DNA of 64,000 bases from an uncultured Chloroflexia bacterium. GTDB taxonomy: Bacteria; Chloroflexota; Anaerolineae; CG2-30-64-16. A program made the position numbers and the translations under genes. The DNA lies in the NCBI GenBank assembly GCA_963810095.1, contig CAWEMM010000009.1, forward strand, positions 544,001 to 608,000. The letters run 5' to 3'. Position 1 is the stretch's first letter. Each line of letters opens with the position of its first letter. The notes beneath the pieces were generated by a model. It was not told the DNA's origin. It ran no database searches and saw only the letters and a program-made list of their open reading frames with translations. Positions 40,498 to 51,100 of this stretch are shown piece after piece.

Positions 40498-41490
40498 ATG
40501 AACTATCGGAGATTCGGGCGAACCGGCTGGCAAGTGTCTGAGATCGGCTACGGCATGTGGGGCATGGGCGGCTGGACCGGCTCGGACGACGCCGAGTCGC
40601 TGGTCGCACTGCAGCGGGCGGTGGAGTTAGGCTGCAACTTTTTCGACACCGCCTGGGGTTACGGCGCGGGGCACAGCGAGGGGCTGCTGGGGCAGCTCGT
40701 CCGGGCCAACGCGGACCGGCTGCGGTCCGAAGGCAAGAGACTCTACACGGCGACCAAGATCCCACCCAAGAACTTCAAGTGGCCGTCGCGGCGCGAGTAC
40801 ACGCTCGACGACTGCTTCCCCCCGGACCACATCGAAAAGTACGTCCATTCGAGCCTGCAGAACAGCGGCCTCGAATCCTTCGACCTGATGCAATTCCACA
40901 CATGGGAAGATCCGTGGATCCGTGACCCCCGGTTGCAGAGCACGATGTCTGACCTGAAGCGCCAGGGCCTCGTCGGCGCCTGGGGCATCAGCATCAACCG
41001 CTGGGAGCCGTGGAACGGGGTCGAGGCGGTGCGCAGCGGGCTGATCGACGCGGTGCAGGTCATCTACAATATCTTCGACCAGAACCCCGAAGACGCCCTC
41101 TTCCCCGCATGTGACGAGCACGATGTGGCGGTGATTGCCCGGGTGCCCTTCGACGAAGGCACGCTGACGGGGACGTTGACCAAAGAGAGCAAGTGGCCGG
41201 AAGGTGACTGGCGCAATACCTACTTTGTGCCGCAGAACCTGGTCCCAAGCGTCGAACGCGGAGATAAGCTGAAACCGGTCGCCGCATGGGCCGGCATGAC
41301 CCTGCCCGAGATGGCGCTGCGGTTCATCCTCAACAACCTGACCGTGAGCACGATCATCCCCGGAATGCGGAAGATCAAGAACGTCGAGGCGAACATCGCC
41401 GCTTCAGACGCCGGCCCGCTCCCTGAGGCGGTCCATGCACAACTCGGCGGGCACCGCTGGGACCGCGAACCGACCGGATGGAGCCAGTAG
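40498..41490 (+). CDS. Aldo/keto reductase
   Basis: GGAGG RBS; MNYRRFGRTGWQVSEIGYG, FFDTAWGYG, ATK, VQVIYN, IIPGMR. Confidence 0.93.
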   Translation: MNYRRFGRTGWQVSEIGYGMWGMGGWTGSDDAESLVALQRAVELGCNFFDTAWGYGAGHSEGLLGQLVRANADRLRSEGKRLYTATKIPPKNFKWPSRREYTLDDCFPPDHIEKYVHSSLQNSGLESFDLMQFHTWEDPWIRDPRLQSTMSDLKRQGLVGAWGISINRWEPWNGVEAVRSGLIDAVQVIYNIFDQNPEDALFPACDEHDVAVIARVPFDEGTLTGTLTKESKWPEGDWRNTYFVPQNLVPSVERGDKLKPVAAWAGMTLPEMALRFILNNLTVSTIIPGMRKIKNVEANIAASDAGPLPEAVHAQLGGHRWDREPTGWSQ

Positions 41491-41511
41491 GCGCTCCACT
41501 GGGTCCGGCCC

Positions 41512-41595
41512 TTCACACAAAGAACCGAAGAAGCCTCTGGTTCACGAAGGTCAGATAGCCTTTGTGATCCTTGGGTTCTTCGGTTCTTCATGTGT
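41512..41595. repeat. Family B palindrome between convergent genes
   Basis: CACACAAAGAACCGAAGAAGCC...GGGTTCTTCGGTTCTTCATGTGTG. Confidence 0.65.
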
Positions 41596-41621
41596 GCTAG
41601 AGCCTACGCCCTAACGTGGAC

Positions 41622-42635
41622 TCAATCGTAGAGCAGCGGCTGCATGGCCGGGTCGTCGATATTGCTCTTGTCGTACCACTTGAACCCGGTGTCGATCATC
41701 TTGGGCAGCGCGGTGCCCTTGATCGCCTTCATGGCGGAGTCGACGCACTTGTAGCCGATTTGGACCGGGTCTTGGCTGATGGCGCCCAGCACAACACCCG
41801 AGCGAATCTCGTCCTTCAGCTGCTTGCCGGCGTCGTAGCCGATCATGACCAGCTTGCCTTCCTTGCCCGACTCCTTGGCGCCGTTCATGACACCCTTCAT
41901 CGAGCCTTCGTTCGCACCGAAGTAGCCGGCGAGGTCCGGGTTCGACGCGAGGACGGCCTTCACGATTTCGGTCGACTTCAGGGGGTCGCCCGCGCCGTAT
42001 TCGGTGCTGACGATCGTGATGTCGGGGTACTTGGCCTTCATCTCATCCGTGAAGCCCTTGACGCGGTCGATGCCGGTCCGGCTCGTCTGGTCATGGGCGA
42101 TGATCGCGACCTTGCCCTTGTTGCCGATGGCCGCGGCCATCTTGTCGGCCGCCGCAGCCGCAGCCGCGATGTTGTCGGTGGCCACGGTGGTGACCGGGAT
42201 ATCGCTGTCCACGCCCGAGTCGAAGCCGACTACGGGGATGCCCGCAGCCTTGGCCTTCTCGAGGAGCGGGATCGCGGCCTTGGAGTCGAGGGCGGCGAAG
42301 CAGATCGCAGCCGGCTTCTTGTCGAGCGCGGTCTGGAGCATTTCTATCTGCTTGTCAACTTCGGACTCGCTGCCGGGGCCTTCAAAGGTGATGTTGGCGC
42401 CCAGATCGGCCGCGGCCTTCTCCGAGCCCTGCTTCACTGCTTGCCAGAACTGGTGCTGGAAGCCCTTCGAGATCACGGGGATGTAGGGCTTCGCGCCGGA
42501 GGCCGCGGCGGCAGGAGCCGTCGTCGCCGCCGCCTGGCCGCCGGTGGACGCCGGGGCCTGGGTCGCGGGCGCAGCGCAGCCTGCCAACAGCGACAGGACC
42601 ACGAGGACCGAGAATACAACTACCAACTTTCGCAT
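41622..42635 (-). CDS. Monosaccharide ABC transporter substrate-binding lipoprotein
   Basis: Lipobox LLAGC; SKGFQHQFWQAV, FDSG, ATDN, IGYDAG, QDP. Confidence 0.93.
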   Translation of the reverse strand: MRKLVVVFSVLVVLSLLAGCAAPATQAPASTGGQAAATTAPAAAASGAKPYIPVISKGFQHQFWQAVKQGSEKAAADLGANITFEGPGSESEVDKQIEMLQTALDKKPAAICFAALDSKAAIPLLEKAKAAGIPVVGFDSGVDSDIPVTTVATDNIAAAAAAADKMAAAIGNKGKVAIIAHDQTSRTGIDRVKGFTDEMKAKYPDITIVSTEYGAGDPLKSTEIVKAVLASNPDLAGYFGANEGSMKGVMNGAKESGKEGKLVMIGYDAGKQLKDEIRSGVVLGAISQDPVQIGYKCVDSAMKAIKGTALPKMIDTGFKWYDKSNIDDPAMQPLLYD

Positions 42636-42717
42636 GGTGCTTCTCCTTCTTTCTCCACTTAGGGACTGTGGAACTATGTCGAGCTCCCACTTGGAGCTAA
42701 CGACGCAAGATGACATT

Positions 42718-42788
42718 TGCCACAAAGGGCATGAAGCCACGAGGCCCAAGATCGGGGCGTCCGCGGTGCCCTTTTGTCTTTGTGGTAA
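42718..42788. repeat. Family B palindrome within the ABC operon
   Basis: CCACAAAGGGCATGAAGCCACGAGG...CCGCGGTGCCCTTTTGTCTTTGTGG. Confidence 0.6.
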
Positions 42789-42797
42789 CCGCGCCCG

Positions 42798-43817
42798 TTA
42801 ACGGCGCCTCCGGATCGTGTCGAGCCAAACGGCCAGGACGACGATCAGGCCCGTGACGACGATCTGCCATTCGGGCGGCACCGACATGATCTTTAGCCCG
42901 TTCGATAAGGTGCTGATGAGGAAGGCGCCGATCACGGTGCCGAGAATCGTGCCTTCACCGCCGCTCAACGAGGTGCCGCCGATAACTGCCGCGGCAATCG
43001 CGTCCAGCTCGTAGCCCTGGCCGAGCGAGGGCTGGGCCGAATTGATGCGCGAGGCCATCACGATGCCCGCCAGGCCCGCAAAGAACCCCGTCGTCATGTA
43101 GACCAGGATCTTCCACCGGTTGACGTTGACGCCGGAAAGGCGGGCGGCTTCTTCGTTGCTGCCCAACGCGAAGGTGTACCGACCGAGTACGGTCTTCGAG
43201 AGAATCAGACTGGCGACGATCGCGGCGCCGAAGAAGATCAAGACCGCATTGTTGATCGTCAATCCCGGGATGATGCGGTTGAGGTTCAGTAGGGAGCCCA
43301 TCGCGATCTGGTTGAACGCCGGGTTCTGGTCGAAGTAGATGGGCTTAACCTGGGCGATCACCAGCGAGAGGCCCTTCGCGACGTTCAGCATACCGAGGGT
43401 TGCGATGAAGGGCGGCAGCTTGGCCCGCGCAATCAGGAAGCCGTTCACGAAGCCCGCTAACAGACCCGTAGCCAGGCCGGCCAACAATCCGATCGGAATG
43501 GGTACGCCCCAGTCGGTGATCACCTTGCCCATCATGACTGTCGTTAGCGTCATCACCGTGCCGACCGAGAGGTCGATACCGCCGGTGATAATCGCGAACG
43601 TCACGCCGATGGCCAGGATGCCGTTGACGGCCGTCGCGATCAGGATGCCGCTCACGTTGGCGCCCGTGAGGAAATACGGCGACGCCAGGGAGAAGAAGAT
43701 GATCATCAGGATCAGCGCACCGAACGCCAGGATGCGCTGTGCCGCGTCCGAGCGCAGAATGGAGGTCTTTTGAGCGGGAGTCTGACTTGTCGCTGTCTTA
43801 GTCGTCATATCAGGCAA
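42798..43817 (-). CDS. Monosaccharide ABC transporter permease (RbsC-like)
   Basis: [47 protein letters not shown]. Confidence 0.95.
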   Translation of the reverse strand: MPDMTTKTATSQTPAQKTSILRSDAAQRILAFGALILMIIFFSLASPYFLTGANVSGILIATAVNGILAIGVTFAIITGGIDLSVGTVMTLTTVMMGKVITDWGVPIPIGLLAGLATGLLAGFVNGFLIARAKLPPFIATLGMLNVAKGLSLVIAQVKPIYFDQNPAFNQIAMGSLLNLNRIIPGLTINNAVLIFFGAAIVASLILSKTVLGRYTFALGSNEEAARLSGVNVNRWKILVYMTTGFFAGLAGIVMASRINSAQPSLGQGYELDAIAAAVIGGTSLSGGEGTILGTVIGAFLISTLSNGLKIMSVPPEWQIVVTGLIVVLAVWLDTIRRRR

Positions 43818-45375
43818 CCTCGGCTTCCGTCTGGGCAGGCTCGCCGTTCGTCACCACGGTCTGCGTGCGCTGGGTGGCATAGGTCATAATGCGTTCCTGG
43901 GTGGCTTCCGCTGCCGTGAGCTCGCCCGTCATGCGGCCCTCGCACATCACCAGGATGCGATGGCTCATGCGCAGGATTTCGGGCAGTTCCGACGAGATCA
44001 TGATGATCGCTTTGCCTTGCTGGGCCAGATCATTGAGCAACCGGTAGATTTCGCTCTTCGCCCCGACGTCGATGCCGCGGGTGGGTTCGTCGAAGATCAG
44101 CACGTCCGTGTCGGCGGTCAGCCACTTGCCAATAATGACCTTTTGCTGGTTGCCGCCCGATAGGTTCTGGACCTTCTGGCCCAGTCCCGGCGTCTTGATC
44201 GACAGGGCTTCCACATGTTTGCGGGCCACTTCGCGAGTGCCGTTCGTGTTCACCCAGCCCAGCGGCCCGAGGAACCGGCGGAACGTGGCGAGCACGATGT
44301 TCGTCTCGACGTCCATCTTCAGCGCCAGGCCGTACCGTTTGCGGTCCTCGGACAGGTATGCGATGCCCGCACTCACGGCGTCGCTGGGCGACTTGATGTG
44401 CGCTGGCTTGCCGTGCACGAGGACTTCGCCCGAGTCGATCGGATCTGCGCCGAAGATGGCCCGCGCCACCTCGGTGCGTCCCGCGCCCACCAGCCCGGCA
44501 ATGCCCAGGATCTCGCCCCGTTTCAGTTGGAAGCTGACATCCCTGATCGCCTGTCCGCGGTTGAGGTTGCGCACTTCAAGCACGACCTCGTCGCTCGGCT
44601 TCTCGGGCACTTCGGGCGCCGCCTCGAAGATCGTGCGGCCCACCATCAGGCTGATGATCTTGTCGAGCGTGACGTCCGAGGTGTTTACCGTGTCGATCGT
44701 GCGGCCGTCGCGCATGACCGTGATCCGGTCCGAGATTTGCTTGAGCTCTTCCAGGCGGTGAGAGATGTGAACGACGCCCACGCCCGTTTCCCTAAGCTGG
44801 CGCACGATGCGGAACAACTCGACGATCTCAGTGTCGGTGAGGGCGGCCGTGGGCTCGTCCATCACGAGCACGCTGGAGTTGAAAGAGAGGGCCTTGGCGA
44901 TCTCGACCATCTGCTGTTTGGCGACGGTGAGCTCGGCCACTTTGACGCGGGGATCGAGCTTGAGGTGCAAGTCATCAAAGAGTCTGACCGCCGCCTCATT
45001 GATGCCTTTTTCATTGAGCACGATCTTCGCGGCGCCGCGCGGCTCGCGACCGATGAAGATGTTTTGGGCGACCGTGAGGTGGGGCATCAGGTTCAGTTCC
45101 TGGTGGATGATGCTGATGCCCAAATCCTGCGCCGCACGCGGGCTGGGAATGCTCACTTCCTGGCCCTTATAGACGATCCGCCCCGCGTCCTTCGAGTAGA
45201 CGCCGGCCAGGATCTTCATCAAGGTCGATTTCCCGGCCCCGTTCTCGCCCACCAACGCGTGGATTTCGCCGCCCTGCAGCTCAAACCGCGCTTTGTCCAG
45301 GGCATGAACGCCGGGAAAACTCTTGTCGATTCCTTCCATTAGAACTACGGCGGGCACGCCGGCGGAATCGCCCAT
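43810..45375 (-). CDS. Monosaccharide ABC transporter ATP-binding protein (RbsA-like, two domains)
   Basis: [38 protein letters not shown]. Confidence 0.95.
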   Translation of the reverse strand: MGDSAGVPAVVLMEGIDKSFPGVHALDKARFELQGGEIHALVGENGAGKSTLMKILAGVYSKDAGRIVYKGQEVSIPSPRAAQDLGISIIHQELNLMPHLTVAQNIFIGREPRGAAKIVLNEKGINEAAVRLFDDLHLKLDPRVKVAELTVAKQQMVEIAKALSFNSSVLVMDEPTAALTDTEIVELFRIVRQLRETGVGVVHISHRLEELKQISDRITVMRDGRTIDTVNTSDVTLDKIISLMVGRTIFEAAPEVPEKPSDEVVLEVRNLNRGQAIRDVSFQLKRGEILGIAGLVGAGRTEVARAIFGADPIDSGEVLVHGKPAHIKSPSDAVSAGIAYLSEDRKRYGLALKMDVETNIVLATFRRFLGPLGWVNTNGTREVARKHVEALSIKTPGLGQKVQNLSGGNQQKVIIGKWLTADTDVLIFDEPTRGIDVGAKSEIYRLLNDLAQQGKAIIMISSELPEILRMSHRILVMCEGRMTGELTAAEATQERIMTYATQRTQTVVTNGEPAQTEAEVA

Positions 45376-45502
45376 GGACAGCCTCTGCATCTTCGAAGGA
45401 TTGAAAAACGTCTTTGCTCTTTGCGGCTCGCACCGTTGGAAACGACCGGGGAGTCGCGCACCGGCGGCCAGTGGGATGCCAAGCGGCCGGAGTGTTACGG
45501 GT

Positions 45503-45531
45503 AACATAGCACAGCGATAGGGAGTTGTCAA
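45503..45531 (-). promoter_or_regulatory. sigma70 promoter of the sugar ABC operon
   Basis: Minus strand TTGACA-17 bp-TATGTT with TGn. Confidence 0.65.
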
Positions 45532-45643
45532 GCCTTTCGGCGAGCCGCTTTGACGCGCGCGCTGCGGGCGCCTCGCACTGGGGCAGAAGGCTACGCTGTG
45601 CTAGAATCCGCAGACCATCACCGTACAACCCAAGGAGAAAACC

Positions 45644-46327
45644 ATGGACTACACCTACCTCGACATCGCCAAGATGATCGATCACTCACTCCTGCGGCCG
45701 TTCTACAACGACGAAGAACTCGAAGCAGGCTGCCGGTTGGCGCTGGACTACCGGGTGGCAAGCGTGTGCATCAAGCCGTATTACTTGAAACGGGCCGCCG
45801 AGTTGCTGCAGGGCACCGACGTCAAAGCCACCACCACGATCGGCTTTCCCCACGGCGGACACACGACCGCCATCAAGGTGGCAGAGGCCGAACAGGCCCT
45901 GGCAGACGGCGCGCAGGAACTCGACATGGTGATCAACATCGGCAAGGCGCTGAGCCGTGACTGGGCCTACGTGTGCGACGACATAGCGGCCGTGGTGCAG
46001 GCGGCCCATGCAGGCGGCGCACTGGCCAAGGTCATCTTCGAGAACTGTTACCTGCAGGACGAACACCGGATCGAGCTCTGCCGCATCTGCGGTGAAGTGG
46101 GCGCGGACTGGGTGAAGACGTCCACGGGTTACGGCTCGGGCGGCGCAGTGATGGCCGACCTGCGCCTGATGCGGCAGGTTGCGCCTCCGCACGTGCAGGT
46201 CAAGGCCGCGGGTGGCATCAGCACGCTCGACCTCGCCCTCGAAGTCCGCGCCATCGGCTGCACGCGATTCGGGACGCTGCAGACCGTCGAGATCCTTGAA
46301 GAGTGCAAGCGCCGGCTCGCGGGCTGA
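45644..46327 (+). CDS. deoC: Deoxyribose-phosphate aldolase
   Basis: IDHSLL, GFPHG, ELDMVINIG, KVIFE, VKTSTG, KAAGGI. Confidence 0.93.
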   Translation: MDYTYLDIAKMIDHSLLRPFYNDEELEAGCRLALDYRVASVCIKPYYLKRAAELLQGTDVKATTTIGFPHGGHTTAIKVAEAEQALADGAQELDMVINIGKALSRDWAYVCDDIAAVVQAAHAGGALAKVIFENCYLQDEHRIELCRICGEVGADWVKTSTGYGSGGAVMADLRLMRQVAPPHVQVKAAGGISTLDLALEVRAIGCTRFGTLQTVEILEECKRRLAG

Positions 46328-46341
46328 CGGCTGGAGGCGAC

Positions 46342-47418
46342 ATGCGTCATTACCACGTTGCGTTACTGCCCGGCGATGGGATCGGGCACGAGGTCTGCCC
46401 GGAAGGCGTCAAGGTGCTGGCCGCGGCCGGCAACCTACTGGGCTTCCAGATCGAACACGAAGCGTTCCCCTGGGGCTGCGAGTATTATCTGCAGCACGGC
46501 GAAATGATGCCGAGGGATGCGCTCAAGACGTTGGAGTCCTTCGACGCGATTTACTTTGGTGCGGTGGGCTTCCCGTCCGTGCCCGACCATATTTCCCTCC
46601 ACGGCCTGCTGCTGCCCATCCGCCAGGGCTTCGAGCAGTATGCGAACGTGCGGCCGTGCCTGCTCCTGCCTGGAGTACCCTGTCCACTCAAGGGCAAGGG
46701 GCCCGGCGACATCGACTTCGTCATGGTGCGTGAGAATACCGAGGGCGAATACGCGGGCGCTGGGGGTCGCATCCACCGGGGCGCGCCCCTGGAGCTGGCC
46801 GTCGAGACGGCGGTCTTTACGCGTGAGGGGGTCGAGCGCGTCGTGCGCTACGCATCTGAGCTCGCAATGGCGCGGCCGCGCAAACGCCTCGTGAACGTGA
46901 CGAAGTCAAACGCACAGCGCCATTCGATGGTGCTCTGGGACGAGCTGTTCGACCGGGTGACGGGCGCGTACCCGGGCCTGCAGACCGAGCGCATGCTGGT
47001 CGACGCGATGGCCGCCCGCTTCGTCCTTAAGCCGGAGAGCCTGGATGTGCTGGTCGCCTCGAACCTGTTTGCCGACATCTTGAGCGACCTGGGTAGCGCG
47101 ATCTGCGGCAGTATGGGCCTGGCCCCCAGCGCAAACATCAACCCCGAGCGCAAGTACCCGTCGCTCTTCGAGCCCGTGCACGGCTCCGCGCCCGACATAG
47201 CCGGGCGTGGCATCGCGAACCCCATCGCGGCGATCTGGAGCGGTGCGATGATGCTCGACTTTCTGGGCGAGAAGGACGCCGCGACCGCGATTATGGACGC
47301 GATCGGGGCCGTGACGGGCGAGGGCAGGGTGCTCACGCCTGACCTGGGCGGCCGGGCGCGGACGAGCGAGGTCGGAGACGAAGTCGTTGCGAAGCTAAAG
47401 ACGCTAGCAGACCGTTAG
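46342..47418 (+). CDS. Tartrate dehydrogenase/decarboxylase-like (isocitrate/isopropylmalate dehydrogenase family)
   Basis: PGDGIG, VPDHISLHGLLLPIR, RENTEGEY, TKSNA, SNLFADILSDL, FEPVHGSAPDIAG. Confidence 0.88.
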   Translation: MRHYHVALLPGDGIGHEVCPEGVKVLAAAGNLLGFQIEHEAFPWGCEYYLQHGEMMPRDALKTLESFDAIYFGAVGFPSVPDHISLHGLLLPIRQGFEQYANVRPCLLLPGVPCPLKGKGPGDIDFVMVRENTEGEYAGAGGRIHRGAPLELAVETAVFTREGVERVVRYASELAMARPRKRLVNVTKSNAQRHSMVLWDELFDRVTGAYPGLQTERMLVDAMAARFVLKPESLDVLVASNLFADILSDLGSAICGSMGLAPSANINPERKYPSLFEPVHGSAPDIAGRGIANPIAAIWSGAMMLDFLGEKDAATAIMDAIGAVTGEGRVLTPDLGGRARTSEVGDEVVAKLKTLADR

Positions 47419-48131
47419 TGAGCGGGAAGCGCTGGCCGTCCCAGGCGGCGGATGGCGTTTGCGATCTCTTGCGGCAACTTGTGGCGTGCGAGCGGGTTTT
47501 GCCATAGCGTGATCTCTCCCGCTTCGCGCACCACAATCCCACTCAGCCGGCTATACCGCCTAAGGAAGTCACCCGCATCCTCGTAACCGAAGCGCGCAAA
47601 GAAGGCGTCCTCCTTGCGCTCTGCCAACACGCGCAGGACAGACGTCGCGCCGGTCACTTCGGCCTCGGGAAGCTCCCGGTCTGATGCCAACCACAGCAGG
47701 TTGACGATGCGTGGCGGCATCTGCGCGGCTTTGTCGCACAGGACGGCAACGAGCTTGGCGGTGCGCGTCTGAGCGTCTCCGTCGCCAAGGTCGGTGTCCC
47801 GGATATGGCGGACCTCGACGTTGAACGGGGTATGGGTCTTGAACATGACGGTAAAATCCGGGCCCCGCTGCTTCAGAGCGGCGTAGTTTTCGTACTCGAC
47901 AGTGAATCGCTCGTCGTGCAGCAGCAGTTCGGCAACCGCCAGCTCGGCTCGCAGGTCCTGCATGCCGCCAGCGTCGCGCACGTTCTTCAACTTGGCGCGT
48001 ATCTTCGTGCGATAGCTGGTGGCGAACGCCCGAAAGCGGCGCGACCCTCGCACCCAGCGCTCGAAGTCAGCATACAGTGCCTGGCTGTTGCCGTCGAAGA
48101 TACCCGCCAGCAAGTCGTCGAGTTCTGCCAT
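47415..48131 (-). CDS. Hypothetical protein with PD-(D/E)XK-like motif
   Basis: AELAVAELL..VEYE..GPDF..NVEVR arrangement; otherwise unrecognised. Confidence 0.6.
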   Translation of the reverse strand: MAELDDLLAGIFDGNSQALYADFERWVRGSRRFRAFATSYRTKIRAKLKNVRDAGGMQDLRAELAVAELLLHDERFTVEYENYAALKQRGPDFTVMFKTHTPFNVEVRHIRDTDLGDGDAQTRTAKLVAVLCDKAAQMPPRIVNLLWLASDRELPEAEVTGATSVLRVLAERKEDAFFARFGYEDAGDFLRRYSRLSGIVVREAGEITLWQNPLARHKLPQEIANAIRRLGRPALPAH

Positions 48132-48185
48132 CTACAACCTGCACTCGTCAGTCAGGTGATTCGCCAGGTATCCGTCCTGCTGCAC

Positions 48186-51100
48186 TCACGCCTTCTCCGG
48201 CGCCTCTTCTCCTTCCGTCACACCCTCGTTCGCGGCCTCGAGCGCGGCGACCTGCTCCACCGGTGCGACCTTCCAGAACAGCGGCAGGTGCGTTTCCCAG
48301 CCCGCCAGGATTTCTTGCGCGCGTGGGCTACCAGTCCGGTCCGCGTGCCGTTCCAGCATCTGGCGCAGCTCCGCCCGGTCTTCGGCCCGCTCCACCTTCC
48401 TGAGGCACACGAGCTGTGTGTTCGCCCGCTCTGGCAGAACGCCGAGCCGGTCATATACGTAAGCGGCGCCGCCCGTCATGCCCGCGCCGAAGTTGCGCCC
48501 CGTCTTGCCCAGCACGACGACGATGCCGCCGGTCATATACTCGCACCCGTGATCGCCCACGCCTTCGACGACGGCCCGTGCGCCCGAGTTGCGCACGGCA
48601 AACCGCTCGCCGGCCCGGCCCGCGGCATAAAGCTCGCCCGCCGTCGCACCGTAAAGCGCCGTGTTGCCCAGGATGACATTATGATGCCAGACGAATTTTG
48701 CCTCGGCGTGGGGACGAATGACGATCTCGCCGCCCGCCAGCCCCTTGCCCACGTAGTCGTTGGCCTGGCCCGTCAGGTCCAGCTTCACGCCGTGAATGGT
48801 GAAGGCGCCGAAGCTCTGGCCCGCGGTGCCGGTCAGGTTGACGCAAATCGAGCCCTCGGCCAATCCCGCATCGCCATACGCTTGCGCCAGCGCGCCCGAC
48901 AGTTTGGCCCCCACGGTCCGGTCGGTGTTTGCAATGCGATAAGCGAGCGAGACCGTCGGCGTTGCCTGAGCTCCGCTCAGGGTCGAGACTCCCAAGCTCT
49001 GGGCCTGCGCCAGCCCGGCCAGCGCATCGTCCGTCAACTGGTCGCCGAGGGGCGAATGTTGCAGCAGTCGGTTCCGACCCTCCACGTTCCGCCGCGCGTA
49101 GCCGGTGTCGGGCGCCCACAGCAGCGGCGCGAGGTCCATGTGGCCGGCATCCGCCCCCACAACCGCCTGCTGCAATAGGTCGGCATGCCCGATGATCTCG
49201 TCGAGCGAGGTCGCTCCGAGACCCGCCAGGATTTCGCGCACCTCCTCGGCCACGTGGATCAGGAACGCCATGACCATTTCGGGTTTGCCTGGGAACTTCC
49301 GGCGCAAGTCTTCACGCTGCGTGGCAATCCCCACCGGGCAGGTGTTGTTGTGGCAGGCGCGTGCCATCTTGCAGCCCGCGGCGACCAGCGCGGCCGTGCC
49401 GAAGGAGAATTCGTCGGCCCCGAGCAGCGCCCCGATCACGACGTCGCGGCCCGCCTTGAAGCCGCCGTCGACCCGGACGCGCACCCGGCCCCGCAAGCCA
49501 TTGACCAGCAGCGTCTGCTGCGTTTCTGCCAGCCCCACCTCCCACGGCGCCCCGGCATTCTTGATCGAGCTGAGCGGCGACGCGCCGGTTCCGCCGTTGT
49601 ACCCGCTCAGGTGAACCAGGTCGGCGCCGCCTTTCGCCACCCCCGCTGCGACCGTACCCACCCCCGCTTCGGCCACCAGCTTCACCGAAATCGCCGCGCC
49701 GGGGTTGGCCTGCTTGAGGTCAAAAATGAGCTGGGCCAGGTCTTCGATCGAGTAAATGTCGTGGTGGGGAGGCGGCGAGATCAGCGCAACGCCGGGCGTC
49801 GTGTGACGGATGCGGGCAATCTCGACGCTCACCTTGTGGCCGGGCAACTGACCACCCTCGCCCGGCTTCGAGCCCTGGGCCATCTTGATCTGCAGCTCGT
49901 CGGCCGACATGAGGTAGGCCGGCGTGACGCCGAAGCGGCCGGAAGCCACCTGCTTGATCCGGCTGTTGCGCTCGGTGCCGTAACGCGCCGGGTCTTCGCC
50001 GCCCTCGCCGCTGTTCGCCTTGCCGCCCAGCCGGTTCATGGCCACCGTCAGCACCTCATGGGCCTCGGCGCTCAGCGCCCCGTGCGACATGGCTGCCGAC
50101 GAGAAGCGCCGGAGGATCGCCTCCACAGGCTCGACCTCGTCCAGGCTGACCGGCGCGCGCGACGCCGTGTTGAGGGCCAGTAGGTCGCGCAGCTCCACCG
50201 CCGGGCGCTCCTGCACCAGCCGGGCGTACGTGCGATAGGCGTCCCGGGTCTCGTCCGTCGCCCCGCCGCCTACTGCGCCCGCAGGACCCTTGCGAAGGCC
50301 CACCACCGCATGCAGCGCGCTCACCACTTCCGGGCTGAAGGCGTGCTGCTCGCCGCCCCGGCGGCTTTTGTAGAAGCCGTAGCTGTCCAGCGCAGGCTGG
50401 TGGAGCGTCCCGTTCGACTTCGGGAATGCGTTCCGGTGCCACTCCAAGACGTCGCGGGCGAGTTCTTCGTACCCGATCCCGCCCAGCCGATAGTTGTCGG
50501 TCCCAGCGAAGCACTCCTTCAGCAGCTCGTCGCCGACGCCTAGCGCCTCGAAGATCTGCGCACCGCAGTAGGCGTCAAGCGTGGCAATCCCCATCTTGGA
50601 CATCACCTTCAGGATGCCCTTTTCGACCGCCTTCGTGAAGTTCTTGCAGGCCGCCGCGAAATCGATTCCCGCCGCTTGTCGACCGCCTTCTGCCAGCATG
50701 CCCTCGATTGCGCGGAAGGCCAGCCAGGGGTTGATCGCGTTGGCACCGTAACCAATCAAGGCTGCGAAATGGTGCACCTCGCGCGGCTCGCCGCTCTCGA
50801 CGATGAGGCCCGCGTGCATCCGCTCGCCCGCGTCGATGAGCGCATGGTGGACCGCCGAGACCACCAGCAGCGACGGCAGCGGCGCGCGCGCAGCTGTGAC
50901 GTTCCGGTCGGACAGAATCAGGAGCGTGGCGCCCGCCACGACCGCGGATACCGCTTGCGCACAGACCCGTGTGACTGCCCGGCGCAGCCCGGAAACGCCC
51001 TCGCTGATGGCCCAGGTGCAGTCGACGCTTGCCGTCCTGAAGACGTCGAGGCGCGAGTCCCTTGCCGCTCGCCTGGCCAGCCTGTCGGACGGCAGGCCAA

